Source: Myxococcota bacterium (lineage in GTDB: Bacteria > Myxococcota_A > UBA796 > UBA2385). From it: a DNA stretch of 64,000 nucleotides. The notes under the pieces were generated by a model that was not told the origin of the DNA, did not search any database, and saw nothing but the letters and a program-made list of their open reading frames with translations. Positions within the stretch are counted from its first letter, which is position 1; every line of letters begins with the position of its first letter. A program made the position numbers and the translations under genes. Where the stretch lies: positions 288,001-352,000 of the forward strand of contig JBIJDH010000004.1 of the NCBI GenBank assembly GCA_044344255.1, read 5' to 3'. Of the stretch, positions 19,201-27,035 are shown piece by piece.

Positions 19201-20921
19201 ATCGTGGACTTGGCCCCCCCCTCCGGCGTGACCGTGTCACTCCACTGGTCTTCGACCACGAGGCCGAATTTGTCGAGGACCGGGAGGATGTCGGAGAGGA
19301 TGATGTGCTGGGCCTGGTAGGCGCGGAGGTGCAGGGTCCCATCTCGGTCGGCGCTCAGGTCCAGCTCGAGCGTGGAGCCGGCGGCGAGGCGCGTGAGCTG
19401 GACGATGTCCTCGGCGGCGGAGGCCGGGGTGACCTTCTGGCGGTAGCCGTCCGGGAAGGCGTCACCGTAGGTGAACACGAGATCGTCGGCGGTGTCGACC
19501 CCGACGAGGGCGGTCAACGCGCCGTAGACGGCGTCGTCCCAGGGGGTGGTGCGCGCGGTCACCTCAGCGAGGATGGCCTCGCGGGCGCCCTCCGAGAGGG
19601 CGTGGGTGCCGGTCAAGGAGTAGTAGACGAGCATCGTCTGGAAGCGGCCGAGGAAGACCCCGTGGTCGCAGGCCGTGGCCCCCGAGGCGCTCACCAGCAG
19701 CTCTTCGATCGCGACGCGGAGCTGGTCGGTCCAGCGCTCGCGCGGCATGGCGAGGAGGGCGAAGGTGGAGGTGGCGTCCGCGTTCTGGCTCACGTGGATG
19801 CGGACCACGTGCTCCTGTTCGGCCTCGAGGACGCGGTCGGCGACGTCGGAGATCTCGGCCGCGGTTGCGGTGAAGAGGTACTCGATCGGGAGGGCGTCGA
19901 AGACGTTGGCCACCCCCTTGTACCGGTAGGAGCCGGGCTTGGACTCCTCCTTCTGCAGCATCTCGGCCAGCACGCGGCGCAGGACCGGCACATGACGGGA
20001 GGGCTGGGTGACCGCGCGGTAGGTGAAGAGGCCCTGGAAGAGCAGGACGCGGCTCTCGCCGGCGCCGCCGCCGGGGATCTCGATGCGGAGCTCGTCCACG
20101 CGGCCGTAGCGGTGCACGGCCGAAGAGAGGAGGCCCTTGCGGATCTGCACGGGCACTCGGCCCGACGAGGGGGACCAGCCGGTGGAGAGCGAGGAGACAT
20201 CCCAGGCGTCGGCGGCGGTGGCCCGGGCGATGCCGAGGGAGCCCTCGTCGCTGATGGCGCCCATGAAGACGAAGTTGTCCGAGAGCAGCCAGCGAAGCAG
20301 CTCGGCGGCCTCGCGCAGGCCATCGGCCTGGTCGGGCATGCGGTCGGCGAGGCGGTTGAAGCGCAGGGCGGCGGTCTCGACGAGGTCGGTCATCGACTGG
20401 AAGTCAGCGACGACGTGCTGGGCGAGGCGGAGGCGGGCCGCTAGCCCGGCCACGACGGTCGCCAGGGACTCCGCCGCGATGCCCTCGGCCTCGATGCGGG
20501 TGACGCTCTCGAGGGGATCGTAGGCCTGATCGACCTCGACGATCCGGCCGGCCTCGTCTCGTCGGGTGGAGACCACCACGTTGAGGTTGCCGGTGTAGGT
20601 GGCGCCGAAGGTGGTGAGGCCGAGGCGCAGGGTGTCAACGATGAAGGGCTGGTCGCGCATCACGGTGGTGAAGACGGCGAGCTCGCCCTCCATGTGGCCA
20701 GCGACGTCGGGGGTGTCGGACGTGCGGACGGAGATGCGCTCCCAGAGCTCAGCGACGTGGTCGGCGGCGCTCTGGTGGCTGTGGCGCGCGAGGTAGGGGC
20801 GACGGAGCTGCCGCCCGACGGCCCGACCGAAGCGGCGGAAGGTCTCCGGGTCGCCGCTCGTGGGAGCGGTACGCTTGGAGAGATTGTCCAGCATCTTCTC
20901 GACAAAGGCCGTGATCGGCAT
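16254..20921 (-). CDS. gdhB: Large NAD-specific glutamate dehydrogenase
   Basis: 1555 aa; ARGGIRWSDR, YLVVAADKGTA, DAFASGGSNGYDHK, NTDAIDNSGGVD.SDHEVNLKI. Confidence 0.96.
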   Translation of the reverse strand: MPITAFVEKMLDNLSKRTAPTSGDPETFRRFGRAVGRQLRRPYLARHSHQSAADHVAELWERISVRTSDTPDVAGHMEGELAVFTTVMRDQPFIVDTLRLGLTTFGATYTGNLNVVVSTRRDEAGRIVEVDQAYDPLESVTRIEAEGIAAESLATVVAGLAARLRLAQHVVADFQSMTDLVETAALRFNRLADRMPDQADGLREAAELLRWLLSDNFVFMGAISDEGSLGIARATAADAWDVSSLSTGWSPSSGRVPVQIRKGLLSSAVHRYGRVDELRIEIPGGGAGESRVLLFQGLFTYRAVTQPSRHVPVLRRVLAEMLQKEESKPGSYRYKGVANVFDALPIEYLFTATAAEISDVADRVLEAEQEHVVRIHVSQNADATSTFALLAMPRERWTDQLRVAIEELLVSASGATACDHGVFLGRFQTMLVYYSLTGTHALSEGAREAILAEVTARTTPWDDAVYGALTALVGVDTADDLVFTYGDAFPDGYRQKVTPASAAEDIVQLTRLAAGSTLELDLSADRDGTLHLRAYQAQHIILSDILPVLDKFGLVVEDQWSDTVTPEGGAKSTIDTFRLRGVSGLSSADILDRKQILIEGVKAVVAKKMVDDGLNRILLRSNIPWEAVDLFRAYLGYARQLGLPCTAVRAQELLLSKAELVTRLWEVFQARFNPALEGDRSVEMAKANEAYQDALREVSDNDQDVIFRTLYNLVDSSIRTNFYRTDRVEHYISFKVEHARVKQMPSPRMLFEIYVHHRDVEGLHLRGGKVARGGIRWSDRDDFRREVLGLVNTQMVKNVVIVPEGSKGGFFMKHSPVNPADKRRRADELYQIFIRGLLDVTDNIVAGTPVGPPNVVRHDDADPYLVVAADKGTAHLSDTANRLSQSYGFWLDDAFASGGSNGYDHKVVGITARGGWETVHRHFAEMGINPHTTEFTCAGIGDTSGDVFGNGVIAHPKMRLVAAFNHLHIFLDPNPDCAASFAERNRLFREVKGWEAYDTSIISAGGGIFSRKAKSIPLSPALQALLGTTATELPSDAVVRAILRLDVDLMWNGGIGTYWKASFETHQEAGDPANDEVRADAPELRCKIVGEGGNLGFTQAGRHEYAMLGGRLNTDAIDNSGGVDMSDHEVNLKILLNPMVAAGRMTREERNVLIESLTEDVAADVLHNNDLHGRLLSLDQVRSQRDPIAWTRTIDFICKLGNVTAQFLRLPSEDDLKKRAAAHLGLSRPELAVIQAHVKMHLFRQLKDADGSSIPGFKQKVLDYFPDRIKNDFAADVPTHMLHQSIAMTVVCNEVVNEAGAVFLPLLLELTGASPVAVATAWSHAMTLVDAWGIRAEIEASPSSPIGRYHAWVGVTDAVQSLVSIWLSAGEPGPEKESKAGIQAALRAIGNTRGTVHEARILARVEALTSKEIPLALAQKVALLGEVAVAREVALLAGPGDVDAVLTSYLAAGEASRLLSTVRSLEARPAQSAWDPVAIGIVRNRYIRLVRELVSALPVTEEAKLGVDAFSARLARVELASLQELVGQILGDQPELAALLVADERIRAWIGRLGR

Positions 20922-21109
20922 GACTGCCTCGCGCTCGGGTTTAGGTTGCCCCGGTCTCCTCCGCGGGCACCCCTGGTCCCCCCGGTGGGCGCTGCAGCCT
21001 CCGGCGGGACGTGTTGAGGGCGTCAGAGCTAACCGGGGGCTGGTGCGGCCGCCCGCACTTCTGAGCGGGTCTGGGCGGAGCGCCTGGCGGTCGCGGCGGC
21101 GAGATCGTC

Positions 21110-22069
21110 TCAGGCCCGGCGGCGCTGCCAGCGGGCCTCGGCCTCCAGGGCGTCCTCGTCGGAGATGCCCAGCCGACGCGACAAGTTGAAGAGCTGGACG
21201 CGGGACTGGTCATCTTGACCGCCCCAGGTGAACATCCGCTCGATCGACTGGTCGAGGACGTAGCCCTCCGCAGCTTCGCGGGCGCCTTGGAGGTCTGCGG
21301 CGGTGAGCTGGAGGCCCTTGGCGTAGCGGTCGAGGGCCTGGCGCTCGGCGGGGTCGAAGGTCTCGTCGACGAGGGCGAGGGCCCAGACGGTCGCGAGCAG
21401 CGTCTTGCGGACGGCGCCGCGGCTCACGTTCCGCAGCTCGGCGTCGGTGAGCGGGGGGCGCTTGGCCAGCTCGCCGATCGAGCCCATGTCGGCGGTGATC
21501 ACGTCGGTGAGCCAGCTCTGCTCCTCGCCCGCGAGGTCTCCGTCGGCGCGGGCGAGCTCGATCAGCATTCGTCCGAGCACCTTGCGGTCGTAGGCGTGAG
21601 CGACGGGCGCCTCGTTGAGCAGCCGCTCGAAGGGAGAGAGCAGCTCGGCGGAGACCTTCACGCTGACCCAGGTGGCGTGGTTCGGGTTCCAGACGAAGCG
21701 GCCGCGTACGCTCTGGAAGGCCTCGACAAGGGCCTGCTGCTTCTCGTCGTTGGACAGGTTGTTCCCGGTCTGTTCTCGGGTGACCTCGTTCATCGCCGAA
21801 TAGGCGATGTCTCCGGCGAGGCGGCCGACCACCCCGCCGCCGAAGACGCTGCGCAGTGTGCTGGCGATGGCGCTGCGCACGCTCCACATGAGCGAGCGCT
21901 GGACGGTGCTCCCGATGCGGGAGGTCATCGCCGTGTTCGGCGGCATGGTGTGGCGGGCCGGCACGGACTCCCCCGAGACCGGGCAGCGGAAGGTGACGGT
22001 GACGCTCCGGCCGCTGTAGCGAGGATCCTGAGCGAGGGGGAGCACGTTCGGGTAGCTGGGCGTGGACAT
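21110..22069 (-). CDS. Protein with a C-terminal TerB-like domain
   Basis: LARADGDLAGEEQ and LALVDETFDPAERQAL are TerB-type acidic motifs; ATG 22069 has a purine-rich RBS. Confidence 0.7.
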   Translation of the reverse strand: MSTPSYPNVLPLAQDPRYSGRSVTVTFRCPVSGESVPARHTMPPNTAMTSRIGSTVQRSLMWSVRSAIASTLRSVFGGGVVGRLAGDIAYSAMNEVTREQTGNNLSNDEKQQALVEAFQSVRGRFVWNPNHATWVSVKVSAELLSPFERLLNEAPVAHAYDRKVLGRMLIELARADGDLAGEEQSWLTDVITADMGSIGELAKRPPLTDAELRNVSRGAVRKTLLATVWALALVDETFDPAERQALDRYAKGLQLTAADLQGAREAAEGYVLDQSIERMFTWGGQDDQSRVQLFNLSRRLGISDEDALEAEARWQRRRA

Positions 22070-22109
22070 CTGTCTTCCCTCTCTTTGGGCTGCCCCTTCG
22101 CGGGGGCCG

Positions 22110-23072
22110 CTATCGGGGTGACCGGGGCAGGGTTGGAGGCGCGGCTGGAGGCGGGGCTCGGGGCGGGGCTCTTGGCGGATCGGGGAGGTCGACGGTGCCG
22201 GTGACGTAGATCGCGCGGGCGTCGTCTCCCGTGAGCTCGACGGCGGCGTGGTGCCCACCGTAGTGGGCGGAAATTCCCGTGTCGATGCCGAGCAGGGCCC
22301 CGCCGCAGCGCACCGCGATCTTCCCGCTCTCTTGTGTGGTGTGGCCGATCACCATGCGACGGGCCCCGAGGGCTGTGAGGGCGGTCTCGAGCTCGGCGCA
22401 GGCGACCGACTCGTCGGCGAGCAGGTAGCCGCGGTACCAAAGCGGGCCCTCGGGGCCGAGCACATCGGCGGGGCCCGCGCCACGGAGGGCGGCGGCGGTG
22501 GCGGCGTTGAGGCCGTCGACGCCTTGGGGCGCGAAGCGCTGGCTGATCCCACCGTGGAGGTAGACGGTGCCGTCCAAGGAGGCGATTGGGGGGTGTTCGA
22601 GCAGCCAGCGGCCGACCGCACCGTCGGCCGAGTAGGCCTGCCGCCTCCCGGCCTCCCCTCCGAATTGACCCATCTCGACGGGGTTGACGTAGCGCCAGTC
22701 CCCCTGGAGGTTCATCGCCTCGTGGTTGCCGATGAGGAGGACCGCCGCGCCACCGGCGGCCTTCGCCTCGGCCTCGAGGCGCTGCAGGAGCTCGATCAGC
22801 GGGCGACCGTCGGGCCCGCGATCGGTGTAGTCGCCGGTGATGACGAGGGTGGCGTCCTTGCCGCACCAGTGGCCCGCGGCGTCGACGAGGCGGGTCATCT
22901 GCAGCGTGGCGAGGGCGTGGGGCAGGTCGGCGTGCAGATCGCCCACGGCGACGATGCGGCCGGCGGCCTCGGCGGCGCGGGGGACGGTCAGACCGAGGGC
23001 CAAGCTGATGCCGACGGCGACCGAAGCCCCTAGGGGTGCGCGGGGTGGTGGGGTTATGTGCGCAGAGCTCAT
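22110..23072 (-). CDS. Secreted calcineurin-like metallophosphoesterase (Shewanella-like phosphatase type)
   Basis: GDLH, GDYTDRG, GNHE, HGG, GHT, IDTG; signal peptide. Confidence 0.9.
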   Translation of the reverse strand: MSSAHITPPPRAPLGASVAVGISLALGLTVPRAAEAAGRIVAVGDLHADLPHALATLQMTRLVDAAGHWCGKDATLVITGDYTDRGPDGRPLIELLQRLEAEAKAAGGAAVLLIGNHEAMNLQGDWRYVNPVEMGQFGGEAGRRQAYSADGAVGRWLLEHPPIASLDGTVYLHGGISQRFAPQGVDGLNAATAAALRGAGPADVLGPEGPLWYRGYLLADESVACAELETALTALGARRMVIGHTTQESGKIAVRCGGALLGIDTGISAHYGGHHAAVELTGDDARAIYVTGTVDLPDPPRAPPRAPPPAAPPTLPRSPR

Positions 23073-23109
23073 CCGAGCAGCCTAGCCTCTGCGGGGCCGG
23101 CGGGCCGGT

Positions 23110-24453
23110 GTGAGCATCGGAGGCGTCGTGACCGATCTGAAGCGGGTGGCCGTCGAAGTGGTGAGAGAGGCCCGAAAGGAGCCCGTGATCGGCGTGGAGG
23201 TGTTGGTCGTCCACAGCGAGCAGCGCGATTGGCGATCCGATCGCCCCTCCCCCACCCGGAGCGAGGCGGGCACCTCCACCGTGCGGGTCTTCCTGGACGG
23301 CGGGCGATCGGCGGAGGTGGCCCGCGAGGGGCTCGATCCCGCCGTCGGCGTGGCCGCCTTCCACGAGGCCGCGGCGCTCGCGGCCGCCGCTCCCCCCGAT
23401 CCATCCGCCGCGCTCGCCCCGCGCCTCGACGTGCCCAGTCGAGGCCTCGGGATCTGCGATCCGCGGCAGTCCATCCTCACCGACGAAGACCGCCAGGAGG
23501 CCCTCACCTGGAACGTCGAGGCCTGCCGGGAGGTGGGCGCGGGCGTGCTCCCCGGCCTGTTCGTCTACCGCGAGCGGGTCGAGCAGCGCGCCTTCGCCTC
23601 GAGCCGCGGGGTGGAGGCCCTCGAGAAGAGCACTCGCTTCGGCCTCTCGGGCTCCGCTTCGGCTGCAGAGGCCCCGGAGCACCTGGCGCGCGCCGAGAAC
23701 GCGAGCCGGAACTTCGCCGACGTGGCCAGTCGACCCCTCGGCACCGACCTTGGCCGGATGGTCCTGTCGATGTCACGGACGGCGAGCTTGCCTCGCTCAC
23801 CCTCGCCAATTCTGTTGTCGCCCGTCGTGGTGAGCCAGCTCCTGCCCGAGATCATGCAGGTCTTTCGGCGAGAGACGGTCGAGGACACCTTCCTCGCTCG
23901 GCACCTCAACACGGCGCTCGGGGTCGAGCGCCTCCATGTCATCGATGACGCCTCGATCCCCGGCGCGCTCGCGACCCGCGCCTTCGACGATCGCGGTGTC
24001 CCGCCCGTCCCCGTCCCGCTGCTCCGCGAGGGGGTCGCCTCGGGGCTCTTCCAAGGCGTGGGGGCTGCCCGCCGTCGGGATCAGCGCCCCACCGGCCACG
24101 AGACCCAGGGCGGCGGGCTCTGGCTCGGGAACCTCATCGTCCGTCCGGGCGGCCGCTCTCGAAACATGATCTTCCCCGAGCTCGGCCAGTTCGTGCTCGC
24201 GGAGGAGCTCGTCGAGCCGGTGGTCTTCGACGTCAAGACGGGCGCCCTCCGCCTCCGCGTGCGCGGCTTCCTCGCCGCCGCCGGGGCGCAGAGCTCCGCC
24301 GGGCAGCTCGGCCACATCGGGGTGCTGACCCTCGAGACCACGGTGCCCGAGCTCTTCCGCTCGATCCGAGAGCTGGCCTCGGATCACGAGCGGCACGGCA
24401 TCGTTGACACGCCGAGCTGGGTGCTCTCCGGGCCCTGGTTCACCGTGGCCTGA
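23110..24453 (+). CDS. TldE/PmbA-related protein
   Basis: DDASIPG..TRAFDDRGVP...LLREG...PTGH; no HExxxH. Confidence 0.8.
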   Translation: MSIGGVVTDLKRVAVEVVREARKEPVIGVEVLVVHSEQRDWRSDRPSPTRSEAGTSTVRVFLDGGRSAEVAREGLDPAVGVAAFHEAAALAAAAPPDPSAALAPRLDVPSRGLGICDPRQSILTDEDRQEALTWNVEACREVGAGVLPGLFVYRERVEQRAFASSRGVEALEKSTRFGLSGSASAAEAPEHLARAENASRNFADVASRPLGTDLGRMVLSMSRTASLPRSPSPILLSPVVVSQLLPEIMQVFRRETVEDTFLARHLNTALGVERLHVIDDASIPGALATRAFDDRGVPPVPVPLLREGVASGLFQGVGAARRRDQRPTGHETQGGGLWLGNLIVRPGGRSRNMIFPELGQFVLAEELVEPVVFDVKTGALRLRVRGFLAAAGAQSSAGQLGHIGVLTLETTVPELFRSIRELASDHERHGIVDTPSWVLSGPWFTVA

Positions 24454-24462
24454 GCGTCCGGG

Positions 24463-26601
24463 TCAGCCTTCGAAGCCGAGCCAGCGCCCCCCCTGGTAGA
24501 CGACGAAGCTCGCGACCCAGGCGAGGCCGGTCATGTAGACGAAGAGGAAGCTCGGCCAGGCCCAACCGCGGGTCTCGCGCTTGACAATGGCCAGCGTGCT
24601 CATGCACTGGCAGGCCAGCGCGAAGAAGACCATCAGCGAGAGGCCGACGAGGGGGGTGTAGGTGGCGCTGCCGTCCTCGCGGCGCTCGGCGCGGATGCGG
24701 TCGCGGAGCGGCGCGCTCTCTTCGTCCACCTCCTCGCCGACGCCGTAGACGATCCCCATCGTGCTGACGAAGACCTCGCGGGCGGCGAAGGCGCCGACGA
24801 TGCCGACGCCGATCTTCCAGTCGAAGCCGAGCGGGCGGATGGCGGGCTCGAGGGCGATGCCCACCTGGCCGGCGTAGCTACCCTGCAGAGACGCTGCCTC
24901 GAAGGCCGCCTGCTCGGCGGCGGGCCGCGCGTCCCAGTCCGCGGGGAGGTCCCGCTTCGGGAATTCGAGGAGGGCCCACATCAGCACGGTGCAGGCCAGG
25001 ATCACGGTGCCGGCCTCCGTGAGGAAGCTCCGGGAGCGCTCGACCATCAGCCGAAAGATCGAGCGCAGCGTCGGGAGGCGGTAGGGGGGCAGCTCGAGCA
25101 GCAGGGGCACCCGCTGGCCCTTGATGAGCGTGCGGCCGAGCACGCCGGCCGCGACGAGCGCGACCACCACGCTGAAGAGGTACATCGCCACCATCAGGAG
25201 CCCCTGGACCGGAAGCAGGCCGAAGAGGTGGTCTGGCGGGAAGAGGGCGCCGATGATGAGCGTGTAGACCGGGAGGCGGGCCGAGCAGGTCATGAGCGGC
25301 ACGACCATCATCGTGAGCAGGCGGTCGCGCTTGTGCTCCATCGTGCGGGTGGCCATGATCGCCGGGACCGCACAGGCAAAGCCCGACAACATCGGCACGA
25401 AGGCCCGGCCGTGGAGCCCGAGCGAGCGCATGATGCGGTCCATCAAGTAGGCCGCGCGGGCCATGTAGCCGCTGTCCTCGAGCAGGCCGATGAAGAAGAA
25501 GAGCAGGAGGATCTGGGGCAAGAAGACGATGACGTTCCCGACGCCGCCGATCACGCCCTCCACCAGGAGGTCGGTGAGCAAGCTGGCCGGCAGCCGGGCG
25601 CTCGCCTGCTCGCCGAGCCAGCCCACCGCGGCCTCGATCGCGGAGATGGCGGGGTCAGAGCCGCTGAAGAGCGCCTGGAACATGATCAGCATGATCAAGA
25701 GGAAGGCCGCGAAGCCGAAGACGGGGTGCAGGAGGATCCGGTCGACCCGCTCGGTGTGGTTGCGCGGCGGGGGCGGGCGATAAAAGGCGGGCTGCTCCCG
25801 ATCGAGGAAGGCGTAGCGGGGGACGATGACCTCGGCGTCGATGTCTCGCCCTGCGGCGAGGGCCGCGGCCTGCGCCTGGAGCACCGCGGCCCGGAGCGAG
25901 GGCTCGACGCCGGTGAGCTCGTCGCCCGGCGCCACGCTGGTCAGCAGCCAGAGGGCGTAGGCGGCGCGGGTCTCGGGGGGCAGACCGCTGGGGAGAGAGG
26001 GTAGCAGTGCGGTGACGTCGGCCCGCAGAGCCTCTCCATAGGGGACCTCTACGGCGCCGTGGGGCGGCCGACGGACGGCGTCGGCCAGGGCGGCGCGGAG
26101 GGCGGGGAGGCCGAAGCCGCTCTTGGCGCTCGTGGGCAGGCAGGGGACCCCGAGGATCGTGGTGAGGGAGCGGTGGTCGGGCGGGCTGTCCGCCACCTCG
26201 TCGATGAGGTTCAGCGCCAGGACGGTGGGGATGCCGAGCTCGATGATCTGGATGGCGAGGTAGAGGTTTCGGACGAGCTGGGTGGCGTCGAGGATCACGA
26301 GCGCCAGCGTGGGGGCGGGGTTGCCGTTGCGGCCCAGCAGGGCGTCGATCGCGATCTGCTCCTCCCCGCCACGCGCCGAGAGGCTGTAGGTGCCTGGGAC
26401 GTCGACGATCTCGACCGTGAGCGGATCGGCGCCGGCGATGGGCAGCTTCACCGTGCCCGTGCGGCGCTCGACGGTGACCCCTGGGTAGTTCCCGACCCGC
26501 GCGTTCTGCCCGGTGAGCCGATTGAAGAGGGCCGTCTTGCCGACGTTCGGGTTGCCGACGATGGCGATCAAGGGCGGGGGGGCCGGCGGGTGCGGGCTCA
26601 T
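24463..26601 (-). CDS. feoB: Ferrous iron transporter B
   Basis: GNPNVGKT, GNYPGVTVE, DVPGTYSL, LEDSGYMAR, CSARLPVY. Confidence 0.97.
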   Translation of the reverse strand: MSPHPPAPPPLIAIVGNPNVGKTALFNRLTGQNARVGNYPGVTVERRTGTVKLPIAGADPLTVEIVDVPGTYSLSARGGEEQIAIDALLGRNGNPAPTLALVILDATQLVRNLYLAIQIIELGIPTVLALNLIDEVADSPPDHRSLTTILGVPCLPTSAKSGFGLPALRAALADAVRRPPHGAVEVPYGEALRADVTALLPSLPSGLPPETRAAYALWLLTSVAPGDELTGVEPSLRAAVLQAQAAALAAGRDIDAEVIVPRYAFLDREQPAFYRPPPPRNHTERVDRILLHPVFGFAAFLLIMLIMFQALFSGSDPAISAIEAAVGWLGEQASARLPASLLTDLLVEGVIGGVGNVIVFLPQILLLFFFIGLLEDSGYMARAAYLMDRIMRSLGLHGRAFVPMLSGFACAVPAIMATRTMEHKRDRLLTMMVVPLMTCSARLPVYTLIIGALFPPDHLFGLLPVQGLLMVAMYLFSVVVALVAAGVLGRTLIKGQRVPLLLELPPYRLPTLRSIFRLMVERSRSFLTEAGTVILACTVLMWALLEFPKRDLPADWDARPAAEQAAFEAASLQGSYAGQVGIALEPAIRPLGFDWKIGVGIVGAFAAREVFVSTMGIVYGVGEEVDEESAPLRDRIRAERREDGSATYTPLVGLSLMVFFALACQCMSTLAIVKRETRGWAWPSFLFVYMTGLAWVASFVVYQGGRWLGFEG

Positions 26602-26843
26602 GTCCGGACGGCGCCGGTGGCGGAGACCATCAGCAGATCGGCCTCCTGGCGGCGGATCGAGAGGCGGCAGCCCCGAACCAAGAGCTCGATCGGATCCCCC
26701 ATCGGCGCCACCTTCGTCATCCGAATGGCTGTCCCGGGCACGAGCCCGAGCTCCATCAAGCGGCGGCGAAAGGCCCGCTCTCCGCCGACGGCCTGCACGA
26801 CCACAGGGGTCTCGAGGGGGAGGGTGGTGAGCGCGACGTTCAT
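26598..26843 (-). CDS. feoA: Ferrous iron transport protein A
   Basis: RRLMELGLVPG...APMGDPI; overlaps the feoB start by 4 nt. Confidence 0.95.
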   Translation of the reverse strand: MNVALTTLPLETPVVVQAVGGERAFRRRLMELGLVPGTAIRMTKVAPMGDPIELLVRGCRLSIRRQEADLLMVSATGAVRT

Positions 26844-26877
26844 GCGGTCCTCCAGCGTTGCCCCTTAGCGCGTCTGA

Positions 26878-26898
26878 AATTGATAGTCACTTTCAAAA
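26878..26898. promoter_or_regulatory. Fur-like operator
   Basis: AT-rich 8-1-8 inverted repeat TTGATAGT-C-ACTTTCAA (one mismatch) about 35 nt upstream of feoA. Confidence 0.75.
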
Positions 26899-27035
26899 AA
26901 TGGGACACCCGCCGTGGGTCGAGGCTCAGGCACAGGGACCTGCGCGAGATCAGGTCATGGTCGGCGCTCCTCGGCGGTGGCCTCGGGCGGCCTGATCTCC
27001 GCTCGCCTCGATACGGGGAGGTCGCGGAGGTCACG

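Noticed and set aside
22110..22175. Short repeats at the phosphatase 3' end as a CRISPR-like or regulatory array
   Set aside because: Degenerate 12-nt units encoding a Pro-rich tail, with no spacers and no cas genes
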